Below are positions 52,342 to 64,000 of a stretch of 64,000 nt of DNA, piece after piece. A program made the position numbers and the translations under genes. The stretch comes from Octopus sinensis (taxonomy: Eukaryota), in assembly GCF_006345805.1 (NCBI RefSeq), contig NW_021832857.1:32081-96080 (forward strand), in the 5' to 3' direction. Position 1 is the first letter of the stretch; each line of letters starts with the position of its first letter. The notes under the pieces were generated by a model. The model saw only the letters and a program-made list of their open reading frames with translations. It made no database searches and was not told where the DNA came from.

Positions 52342-54205
52342 TGAGTGTGGTGCGTATGGGCCACACTCAGTTGGAGTGTGAGTATCAGCATTTACTTGTC
52401 ATTATTCAGCTTAAAGTTACAGTGTACCAAGGACTACATTATCGAATGTGTTCTTGTTGTTGTTTAGCCCCAAGTCAGTCCTGATCCAAGCAGTCCAATG
52501 ATCAAATGTGTTCCAGACCTAGTGTATCTAAGACTACTTTATCTAATGTCTCCTTCTGTGTTGTTGTTGAGCTCCAGGTCAGTCCTGATCCAAAAGAAAT
52601 AATACGGTCCAGACATGACTGTCCTTTCTATTTCAGGGTCTTGATTATTGTTCCTAAAAATAAAATGAAAAAAAATATTTTGTGATTTGAGGGTGATTTG
52701 GCTGCTATTTCCTGCAATCTTGGCTCCGTCTTTGTCGGTGTTCAATCAAGGAAAGTTGTGTATTCAGTATAAGGGAGACAACTGTGATAAACTTTGATGG
52801 GTTTCTGCCAGTTGAGGCCCTGGGCCATGTCTAACTTAATAGCACCACCTGGTGAAGTTTTTTAGTCATATATGGGGCCCCATGGCCCACTCTAGCAAAG
52901 AGTCATTATATCTGGAGACATATCCGGGTGTAGGAGGTTGGTCCGGGATTTTTTGTGAACTTTTGAATTTTATTGGATCTGTTTCTGTTTTGACAGATTT
53001 CGTATTAAAGAGGGCTGGACCGGTTGAGGTAAAGTAGTTGTGACGTAATGGCATGTGTCCTGAGTTCAATTTTAGTAGTGGGCAGCGAAGAGAACACAGC
53101 ATCGAAGTTTTGGATGGATTTTAAAATTGATGCCAACATCATTCCGTGCAATATTGATGGAATATTTTCCACATCACACAAATGATGTGCTGGGAAATAT
53201 TATGTTGACCCTTTTCAGTGTGCCACCCACCTCCAGCTCAGTGTTTGGCGCCTGGCGGCTTCCTTACAGATGGCAGTCTGTGAGCAGTGACTGTATCCTA
53301 GTCATGCATGGCTGCACCTAAATCTCTGAACCATACAATCAAATATAATAACAATAGTTGATGGTTGGCTGGTTTGTCAAATCTCACTTTACATCATCTT
53401 TGAAAGAGAATAGAAGCAAGATAGAGAGAGAGAATTAGCCGGAGACGTTGCTGGACGAATGTATATACTAGGCTTGGTGGCAGGCAATGATAAGTTTCTG
53501 AACAATACTGGACAAACTTTTGCAGAAGTAGGATTTTGTTGGAATAGGTTGTGATTTTGTTCATAAAATTTAGAAAAATAATAACATATATTTATTGCAA
53601 ATAAACAAATGAGTAATTTGTTTTATTTAATTATGATGTGATAAAAATGTTGTTCGTTTCAAAATTAAACATCAAGAAATGTCCTAAAAGTTAAATTATA
53701 AATATTGTATTTATGCCATATTTTCTGATATTACCCCAGGGTGGCCAAAATTATACTTTCAAAGTTACTTGTCATCATATAATGGGTAACACTCTTTGTG
53801 TGTGTGTGTGTGTGTGTGTATATACACACACACACAACAGGCCTTTTTATTTTCCATTTATCAAATCCCCTCACAAACTCAAGGCCATAATAGACAACCC
53901 TTGCCCAAAATGCCAAGCAGTTGGATTGAACCTGGGACCATGTGGTTGGGAAGCAAATGTCTCACCACTCAGCCACACCTGAGTCTCACCTGTCATTCTA
54001 TGCCCAGCAATATTCTGGCATAAAATCATTATCTCATCCATACATTTGCTTATTTATGCCTGTTTCTGCATGGTACCCTAAGGGTGTGTGTGGGTACCCT
54101 TGTTAGGATACTTTGCGTTTGAGAGCCTCTCGCCTTTTGTTATGTGATGTGGTGGTGTGTATCCTGTTCCCTTTGTTAATTGATTTTTATTTCCTTCTGT
54201 TTCAG

Positions 54206-54331
54206 GTTGAAGCTCCTTTTATTCCAAAATGTAAAGGCCCAGGGGATGCAAGTAACTTTGATGATTACGAGGAGGTGCCACTAAGGATCTCCTCCACAGA
54301 GAAGTGTGCGAAAGAGTTTGCTGACTTTTAA
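54206..54331 (+). CDS. Pka-C1: PKA catalytic subunit exon 10 (AGC C-terminal tail, stop)
   Basis: tgtttcag|GTT ... TAA; 126 nt; [41 protein letters not shown], ending in the FxxF hydrophobic motif. Confidence 0.98.
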   Translation, partial: VEAPFIPKCKGPGDASNFDDYEEVPLRISSTEKCAKEFADF

Positions 54332-57300
54332 ACAACACAAAACAAAAAACAAAAAGAGACAAAAAAATACACAAAAAACAGTAAAACCTGGACACAAAAA
54401 TACCAAGAAACATTAATAATGATAATAATTATAATAATAATAATAATGTTAATATTGATGATAATAATATACCTCCCCCCCTTCCATAACAACAACAACA
54501 ACAACAAGCATGAACAGGACTTATTTAACACTCCCCCCCCCCCTTCCAACAAGTTTTTCTTCCGTGGCTGTTTCTTTTTATTTATTTTTTGTTACTCTAC
54601 CCTCCCCCCTACATGTCCCCTATCTACCCCCTCCCCACCACCAGCGACTTCTTCCTTTCTTCTTTCCTCTCTCTTTAAATATTTCTTTCGGTGTCGCTGC
54701 CAATGGACAACCACCACCATGACCACCACCACCTCCGTTATCAGCTGCGAGGAGAGATGCTGCATGTCTTGACCGCACACACACCCACTGTGGCGTCCCT
54801 ACTTCCCCTCTCCCCCTTCCTCCACTCTATCACCTCCTACTTCTGCTCTTCATCACATGACCACCACCACTTGCACAGAGGAAAGGAGAGGTGAAGGTGG
54901 TGGTGGTGGTGAGAGGGAGCAGGCTACTTTCAGTTTCTCTTCTTCCCAACATGGTTTGGTAGAGGGGAGGAGCTGGTGCATATGCCCCCGCCCACTGGTC
55001 CACTCTTAATATGACCATCACTACTGCCCCATAGCCTACCAGGGACCCCACACAACCTTACTTGGGTCTTTGGAAAGGAAACTGGATTCTGTCTTTTATT
55101 CTCTCTGGAAATATAGAAGAAATGTATGTTTTTATACTATATATATATATATACACATACATACATACATAAACATACATTCACACACACACAAAGATAC
55201 GTATATACATATTATTTTATATATATATATATATATATAATATATATATATATACACACACACACACGCACATATAAAAAATGTAATATAGAGAGGGAGG
55301 AGAGAGAGGATGAGACACATATATGTATATATATATAGAGATGTATATATATAGAGATGTATATATATATAGATGTATATATATAGAGATGTATATACAT
55401 GCATAAAAAAGAATAGACCAATTACTTGTGACTTTGACAATAGAACTTAACTCTTATTACCAGTACACCCCTTTCGGTACAAGACCCTAGTATCACTACT
55501 GACCCCTATTCCTGTCTCTTTCAGGTCTACAGGGCAGCCGGGTTGGGAAGCCGGCTTCTTGCATCTAGTCCACATACATCCGTGTGTGTGTGTGTGTATG
55601 TACATGCATGTGTGTGTATGTAAGTAAGAAGCCATGAAGCAGGCCCCTGAGGCAGCCAAAGAATACAGCCCCTATATCAAGATCTGGTCTGTCTCCTTTG
55701 GCAAAATTGATCCCTTGAAATTGTTTTGGTGTTGGATTAGGAGACATTTACGTCTGCTGGTGCTAGGGGATGGCATCTGACCATCTTGAAGGCTGCAGTG
55801 ATGATCCGTCATCATTATTGTATTAGTTAGGGAAGGGCATGGCTGGTGGTGGAGGGACAGCTGCTTGTTTTGGCTGTCTGTGGCTCTGGTTTCCATCTCC
55901 AGCCAAGTCACCCTTTGCTTGTTATCGATGCAGGGTCAATGAGTGGTGGTTTGGAAGAATTGTTTGGGCATCAGACGAAGAAAAAATGTCTTTTGCCAGT
56001 TGGTGCAGCTGTTCATGTTCTGTTAGCCTCCTTGCAGTATGATGCAAATTATTTAAGGCCCAGGACCCAGTCAATGATGGCAAGGGGTCCAGTGTTGAGT
56101 GACATGTTGATTGGATCTCTATCTCAGTTCCTTCAATAAAAGGGGCCTGTCCTTCTGAAGTGGAACAAGAACTAAAGCAAAGGTAATAAACCTTGATTAG
56201 AGGTGAGGAATGTGACCAGAATAGAGCACAAAATGTGTTAGGGGGTCATGGGGACAATAATCTCCCCTTTTATATTTCCCCCACTCAAATCCTGTTTTTC
56301 ATTCTTCAAAAATAAAGGTGGGAGGATAATTCTCTGAGTATTGCCCCAGCATGGCCAGGGACTGATGAGTGTTACATGAGTAAGAAAAAAAATCTCCCAT
56401 TCTGTAGCCACAATTATTATTGTTGCAAGGTGGTGGGGGGGCTGCAGCAATGTGACCCCTGACCTTATTTAGAAAAGGCCATGGGGTCAGTAATCAGCTG
56501 TGTTGATACTGCTCCCTAGCGACTGTAGTTCTTAAATTCATCCCCCTTCCCCCCACTTATTTTCACGTGACCTCACCCCCCCTCAATTATTTTTCGTTCA
56601 GACTCCCCCCCCCCCCAAAAAAATATTGGAAGTTTTTAGATTAAATTAAAATGAGCGCAACTCATGTTGAGATACCCACATACACATCTGTGAGTGTGTG
56701 CGTGTGTATATATATATATATGTATGTATGTATGTATATTTGTGTGTGTGAGCCAGTATTTACTGGTGTATATATTAAGTCCTACTTGGTAAGACAATGA
56801 GAATACATAAGACTTCCACTTTATACTAAGAAGGGGTGGTCACTTAAAACACATGAGGTTAGCTTATATTGACATCATCACTAAATAATAATAACGCCCT
56901 GTCCAGCTTGGTGTAGGAATGGAGGGAAGATAAAAAAAGTTTGTGTATATGTGTGTATATATATGCATGCAAATATGATGATACATATACACAAATGTGT
57001 GTGTGTATAGTTATATGTATGTGTCTAAAATATATGTCATTTAATTAAGGAATGCAAACAGCAATTAGTTAAGTTGGAGTATTTTTACAATTAATATTCC
57101 TATTACAATTATATAACCTTGAATTTTATAGTTTCTTGTACGTGTTGTATATACACACATACACACCCTAATGCATACACACACACACCCAGACTTTTTA
57201 AACTAAATCTTTTTTTTTATCACAGATAAACTTACCCAAGAATTTTCCCAGAGCACATTGTCTCCGTCTCTCTCCCGGTCTCAGCTCTGTACTCCAGAAT

Positions 57301-57397
57301 GGTTGTTTTGTACTTGTCAGTTGCACAACTACTCAATTATCAGCCAAAAATTTATACATATATAATAATATAAATATATCTATCAATCTATCTATCT

Positions 57398-57454
<57 letters not shown>

Positions 57455-57470
57455 ACACACAAATTATAAG

Positions 57471-57515
<45 letters not shown>

Positions 57516-58398
57516 GTATATGTATGTTTATACATATATTATATATGCACACATATGTGTGTATGTATGTGTGTTTATATATATGTGTATGTGTGCATGT
57601 GTATATATATATGTCTGTATATATATATATTTATATGGAATGTGTGCGTGTATAGCAAACCAAGCAAAATAAAGCCCAGACTGGAGTGTTTGTATGCTGC
57701 AAGTTGTGTATACACATGTATGGAACAATGCATAGATTTTTGTGAACGAGGAAACCCCTGTGCAAAGTGTGTGTGTGAGAGAGAGAGGAAGTTGTGAGGT
57801 TGCGGTGGACGTGTGCCAACAAGATTAGGCTATGGGCTATGCGTTGTTGTTTGTTTTTTTTCTTTTCTCCGTTTTGGTTATTTTTTCTTCCAGACGGAAA
57901 CTGTTCGTTGTGTCCAGTCACCCTGCTTCACCCTGTGTTGATGGTGTGGTCGTTGTTGTGTGTTGGTGTGGTCTTAATCAATTTTTTCACCAGGGATTCA
58001 GGTGGCTGCAGAGGAGAAGCAAAAAAAAAAGGAAACCTGTTTTATGTTTGTGCGTGCGAGTGTGTGTGTGTATATACACACATGCAGAGAGACAGAGAGT
58101 GTGTGTAAGATGTAAAGAGACTCGTGAGTGTATAACTGTTGTATCTCCACACAAAACGCTAGTATATATAATTATACAAACATATACACACACACACATA
58201 TAGTTGTAAACCTACACTTTAAATATTTAATATAAACACACACACGCACACACACATGTATATATATATATATATATACACAGATAAACACATGTATGTA
58301 ATTATAAACCTGCATCTCAAATATTTAATATACATTCACACATATAAACATGTACATTCACTTTGCAACCCAAAGACAAACCAATAATGATGATAATA

Positions 58399-58439
<41 letters not shown>

Positions 58440-58910
58440 CATTTCATACAAAAGTGGAGAGTTCAAAGTTATAAATTTTAGTTTCCCTCAAATGAAATCT
58501 TTGTGATATGCCAATGTCTGTGTGTCCATGTCCGTGGGGAACGGGAGGAGCAAGAGAGGGGTCGGGGATCTCTTCATGCACTTTATGCCTCACCCTTCCA
58601 CTCCACACTATGTTCCCCCCTCTCCCCTTCAACAATTCTTGTTCATATTATTTCCCCCCCCCCATCCGTTCTTCATTTTTCTACTTTTCTCTCATTTTTC
58701 TCTCCTTTGTCTTGAATCTCAAACTCTTCTCTTTCTTCTCCCCTCCCCTCTTCCATCTGTCATCGTTGCCATAGCAACACTGTCATCACCTTTATTGCTG
58801 TTCTCTACTTATTGTCATTTGTACTCACTGCATCATCATCAACATCATCATCATTTAGTTATTCTCACCCAATCATCTATATACACTCATGTACATATAT
58901 GTATATATAT

Positions 58911-58941
<31 letters not shown>

Positions 58942-59618
58942 GGTAGATAGATGCTTATATAGATGCTAGCTAGCTAGGTGTCTCCACCATCCCCCCCCCC
59001 CCCCTTCATCTTTATTTATTTCAAAGGAGAGATCTTGATCCCTTAGAACCAACTCCTCACATTTCACTGCTGAATCTATTAACCCCTACCCCCTACACAC
59101 ACACACTTCACTTCCCCCTTTTTTCCCTTTAGTTTTTCTCTTTCTTTTGTTTGTTTCTTTCTGACTTTTGCTTTTATTAAAAAGGGGTCAGCTGGCAGAA
59201 TCAGTAGAGCGTCAGAAGAAATTCTTTGTGGAGTTTGTTCTGACTTTACATTTTCAGAGATCGAATCCTGCTGAGGTCAGTCTTTGCCTTTCATTCCTTT
59301 TGGGGATCAAGTACTGAACTCAGTCGTCTTAACTAATCCCCTCCCCTCAAAATTGATGGCCTTGCACTGACATTATTATTATTATTAAGATTGGCAGAAT
59401 CAACAGAAGATCAGAGAAGATACCTCATGGTGTTTAGTTCCAACTCTTTATGTTCTGAATTCAAATCCCCTCAGGGTCTTAACCTTGTTTTTCATCTTTT
59501 GGGGCTGATAAAATAAAGCATCAGCATTCTAGTATTACAGTTGATTACAATGAACTAACCTCGGCCCCAAATTTGAGGCCTTCTGCCCAGATTATTATTA
59601 TTATTATTATTATTATTG

Positions 59619-59654
<36 letters not shown>

Positions 59655-61099
59655 ATAACCTTCATATTATTGCAGCTTGCACTAATTTATTTCTAATCTT
59701 GTGTTTGTGTTTACCAAGACTGCCCCACCCATGCCCCACCCCACATAGTTATCGATCACAGAGCCCCCCCTACTGTCTCGATATGATTTTATTAACGACC
59801 TGGCTATTCTAGAACAGTATTTCACTGTCTTACTGAAGGACAGGGTGCTGACGGACCAGACGTCTCCATATCGGACACTTTGGGGGGCTGCAGCAGGTGT
59901 GGGTGGCACAGTTGTTATTATAACAGGATTATTTCAGAGGCTTTCAGCCCCCCCCCTCCATAATTGGTGGAGGTGCAAATAATAATAATAATAATTATTA
60001 TTAGTTTTCCTTTGTGTCCTATTGTTGTCTGATGGTTTCACAAGACCCTCTCCTTGCTATTGCTACCTGGGCTCTTTGACCGATGTCTGGACTGTTAGCA
60101 GCTACAGTATCAATTAAGGGAAATGGATAGCTTCGTTTACTGATTGCAATCTTGCTCTGCCTCTTGTTAATGTGTGTGTGTGTGAGCTTGTGCATGTGTA
60201 CAAATCTTATCTTATATATGTATCTATGTATGTATATAATATATATATATATATATACACACACTCACAATCTATGTTATTACCATTGAGAGGAAGTTTG
60301 TTGGTGAAGGTATTACATTCTCCACTCCAAAGTGGTGAGTGCCACCTACACTACTACGACAAGACACCCAGCTGTGCTGCTTCATCCTGAGGGATGTGGT
60401 AAGAAGTCATTAGTGTTAACGAGTTGATAATTACTTACAGGGATTGTGTTTCCAGAGACAAAACACCTCCATTAATACATCATCATCCTCATCATCACCA
60501 TCATCATTATTATAATCAAGGAGATGAATGAAGAAAGGATTATCAATATTATTATTATTATTATTGTTGTTATTAGTATTATTAGCTTCATTAATCACTT
60601 TCTCTCTCTATTTAGAGCATTGAGTACTGAAGAAGGGGTGGGGGTTAGGGGCCGTTCTTGTAATAAGGAGCAGCAGGGCATAGAGGTGTGTTGGAGGTGG
60701 GGGGGAGCTCCACTCCTGCCTCTTCGCCTTCGCTCTGGATAGTAATCAGTGAAGTTTCTAGATTAATTTTTACAACTGACCCCCCCCCCATCAGCTTTGA
60801 TTCATTTTTTGTTTTCCACAGAAAAATAAAAGTTTAAAATACATTTTCTCTCTCTTCCCCCTCCTCCTCTTCCTCTCTGCCACCACCACCATACAACCTC
60901 TCCCCCCTCACCTACCCCCTCCTCTCCAGCTGTGACATTAATAAAGCTGCATCTTCTCACTCGACCTACCCCCCACCCCCCGCCACCACTGTCTCCTTTG
61001 TCTGTCTGTCTGTCCATCATCAACAACCAGCTTCTAGTGGTACAAACCAAAAATGTTTCTAGACATTTCTTTTTTTTTTTTCTCAAGTGACTGAATAAA
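54332..61099 (+). other. Candidate long 3' UTR of Pka-C1 (end uncertain)
   Basis: Follows the stop codon. No further exon recognised. AATAAA at 56135-56140 and 61094-61099 among others. The true poly(A) site cannot be determined from DNA. Confidence 0.35.
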
Positions 61100-61276
61100 A
61101 CGTATCTTTATGCTGAACGTAAAATGGCCGTTGGGATTCCTTTATTAATCAATGTCATGACGGGGGAACCGTGTCAGTCCATTGCCACCAAGGGCCCAGC
61201 TTTGCAAAGGAATCTGATCAACCTTTTGCAACGTTGACAATGCTGAACATTTCACAATGGGACCAAGCCTTTAGAA

Positions 61277-61564
61277 CAGTGATTCCCAAAGTGGGCAGTA
61301 CTGCCTTCCCCTAGGGGCAGTGGAAATTCCATGGGGGTGTTGAAGAAAAGTGGGATGATAATGGGGGTAGCCAAAAGGGGGCAACTGATGTAAAAACAGC
61401 AAAATAACAGGTTAATAAGGTTAAGTTTTATTTGTAAAAAATGCAGTTGCTTTGAATTTGCTTCAGAAAGGGGTCTGTTTGTGGTAGCAAGTTAGGTGGG
61501 GGTTGCTAGAACTGTGGCCTGGGTGTCAAGGGGGTGGCATTCCGAAAAAGTTTGGGAACCACTG
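61277..61564. mobile_element. hAT (Charlie-like) MITE, 288 bp
   Basis: 14-bp TIRs cagtgattcccaaa / tttgggaaccactg (1 mismatch); 8-bp TSD ctttagaa / ctttagag. Confidence 0.85.
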
Positions 61565-62869
61565 CTTTAGAGGATGCTTATTGACATTGCGCAATGGGTC
61601 TGTTAGGGTTCCCAATCTACTATAAGGAGTCTGCTTGCCTGAGAAATATAATTGTTTGCTATAAGAAAGGTGCTCAACTGTCAGCAATGGGGCCATGTGT
61701 CCAGGGAAACCTATAGAAATTTATATTAAGGGGTCATGATTCTTAGAAAATATTTTCAAACTTCTGAATTGAATATAGTTCACCAGGAGCCCCTAATTGA
61801 TATCAGGTTTCCACAGGACCTTAATCAATCATCAGTATTAGAGACAACCATCCACAGGACCTTGGTCAACATTTTACAATTTGGACACTTCATGAAATTA
61901 GTTTTTTCTGGAATTAATTTTCTTGAACGATTTACATCAAGTGACATGAAACCAAATCTAAAGAAAAGGAAGAATCGACCTTCCTGTTTAGATCTCCCTC
62001 CTCTTTTCGAAAGTATTTCAAAGAGAATTGTACAAACCATGTTGTTATTTGGGTTCTTCCTGCAGCCTGTCAGTTTTATCCGTGTGTTATGCTAAGAGAA
62101 GTAATAACTCAAATGTAGAAAGACGTACGTACATATGTATATCTATGAATGCACGTTAATTAGTAGTGAAGAAGCAATATTAACACCAAAATGTAATCTT
62201 TATATCTAACTCGACTGGTAAACCTTGTCAGAACAGCAAATATTGTGTTATTAGCCTTGAGAAATCCTCTCATTTCAGCACTTGGTGCATTAAAGCGCAC
62301 ACATAGGTCGTAGCATATGAAAATTGTCTGCCACGGGTATCATGTCTATCGGAAGCACTAGTCAAAGCCAGTTAAATCTTGCTGCCACAGTGTATAGAAT
62401 ATATATATGTGATGTTGGAATTCTGACAGCCATGACAGGGGAATTTTGTCTGCTACAATTTGTATATCTGCTTTAATGCATCAGGGCCCCTATATGAGAA
62501 GATCTTTCAAGGTAAACAACATGGTAACTCTACTAAATGCACCAATAGATATGCATTTTGAGATGTATATTAATAGAGATATGAACAGAAAAGTGGCTGA
62601 ACTTAAATGAAATGAATTATCTCAATTGGTAAATAACATCCAATGAGTCTTGGGAGGTGTTTGGACAGTGTAAAGTGTAGTGTGTGTGTGTGTGTGTACA
62701 TTGTAATGTGATGTATGGTTTATGTTGTGGGCAAATAGCACGGGGCCCAAGTCTTGGGTGTATCTTAAAGGTGATGCCAACATCATTTGGGCAATGCTGA
62801 TGGAATATTTTCCACATCATGCTGATGATGTATTGTTCACAGTGTCATTGGAGAGAATAAAGCTTGAGC

Positions 62870-63395
62870 TTTTCTAGTGGACCCCAGTCAAGGCCTGTCA
62901 TGCCATCTATCATTTTTGTGACCTTTCAGGTACTTCAGTTTTCATGATACTTTGTTTTGTGTGGGGAGACCACAGTGGACAACAGTATTCAAGATGGGGT
63001 CAGGCAAAAGTAGAGAAGAGAAGGATAATGGTGTGGATATCTCTTGACTGGGAAGTTCTGAGAATCCAAGAAAACATTCTGCGAGCCATGTCAACTTTGC
63101 TGTTTATATGAGTGGTACAGCTTATGTTGTTCACAATTACTCCCAAGTCTCTGATATTGTTGGATGCCATGAGAGTTTCACCTGAAGGAAGGGAGTATTG
63201 GAGTTTCAGGGTATCCTCATTTCCAAAGTGGATTAACTCAAATTTGTCCTCATTCAGCAGCATGTTATTCTTTTCCATCCATTGGATGACAGCCAACAGA
63301 TCAGACTGAAGGCATGTCCGGTCACTCCATTGATGACCTTCTGGATCTTGGAATCATCTGCAAAGATTCTGATGTTACTGTGCTTAATGATGTCA
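62870..63395 (-). mobile_element. CR1/L2-like LINE reverse transcriptase fragment
   Basis: Minus strand reads IKHSNIRIFADDSKIQKVIN, then ORF 63000..63296 (QWMEKNNMLLNEDKFELIHFG...RDLGVIV). Confidence 0.8.
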
Positions 63396-64000
63396 GTACG
63401 TCCAGGTATCAGTACATTATGGCTGTATGTCTATATCTATCTAAGTATCTAACCATATCTTGACGCAAAATCAAGAGATGGAAAAAAGCCTGACCGAATA
63501 GGTCAGTGGTCAAGCGAAGGGAAAGCGAGAAAACAGGTGGTGAAGGGCAGAGAAAATAGCTGATGTGTGTGCATGTGGACACTAGGATTTCATGTTGCTC
63601 TTTCCGAAAACAAGCTGAAAGACTGCAAATTTATCTTTGTTCATTATTTTTGAAATAAAGTGAAACAGTTAATTTGAATGAAATGTTTAATGATGACATT
63701 TTTTGTTTTCAAAGAATTGAGGCAAAAGATCTGAAGTTGGAAATTTGAGGCTGAAGAATTGCTATCTCTTGTTAGTATTTAGAGATTTATGGGCACCTGA
63801 AATGGTAGGTGAGTTTGATAAATGTTAGCAATAAATTCCATGCATGAAATCAGTCGAAGATAGTTTGTTCGATTGGCAATGACTCTGACAGCCTTTTCCT
63901 AGAGACGGTTAAAGCCTTCCACAGCAGAACTAAGAACAAATGGTATTTCACTCGGTTAAATGGTCTCTGCTGGAACCTGAGACATGTAAAAATAAAATAG

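Noticed and set aside
53090-53210. About 120-bp similarity with 62740-62835 (gatgccaacatcatt...gatggaatattttccacatca)
   Set aside because: Two diverged copies of an unclassified dispersed repeat with no termini or coding signal, so nothing further can be supported.
55505-55625. Acceptor-like cctgtctctttcag|GTC that could start an alternative last exon (as in nematode kin-1)
   Set aside because: The peptide (VYRAAGLGSRLLASSPH...) has no AGC-tail motifs and runs into a (TG)n repeat.
62325-62580. CHGYHVYRKH* resembles the RGYHVY motif of HIRAN-like transposon ORFs
   Set aside because: One short motif with stops; the downstream resemblance is too weak to support without a profile search.

Overview
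AT-rich, microsatellite- and SINE-dense animal genomic DNA. The repeat content and the kinase sequence point to a coleoid cephalopod, most likely Octopus (inference). The window holds one protein-coding gene: the cAMP-dependent protein kinase catalytic subunit (Pka-C1, PRKACA/B-type) on the + strand. Exons equivalent to vertebrate coding exons 3-10 were mapped by hand at 19581-54331. All have GT-AG boundaries, vertebrate-like sizes (129, 99, 83, 127, 96, 123, 165, 126 nt) and an intact 315-aa frame. Exons 1-2 were not found and probably lie upstream. The most notable genic feature is a duplicated catalytic-loop exon (6a 29198-29324, 6b 30313-30439; 7 of 42 residues differ). The two copies must be mutually exclusive, since including both or skipping both creates an immediate stop. 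A 40-bp minisatellite between them is partly complementary to sequence upstream of 6a. The introns contain RTE, CR1-like and RLE-type LINE fragments, one RTE carrying an internal PHD finger, several SINE families, hAT/Tc1/piggyBac relics, an inverted pair of degenerate hammerhead-ribozyme-like motifs, an apparently twin-primed SINE and hierarchical tandem repeats. Most ORFs in the supplied track are microsatellite artefacts. Repeat boundaries were set by eye (roughly +/-20 nt); exon boundaries were counted exactly.
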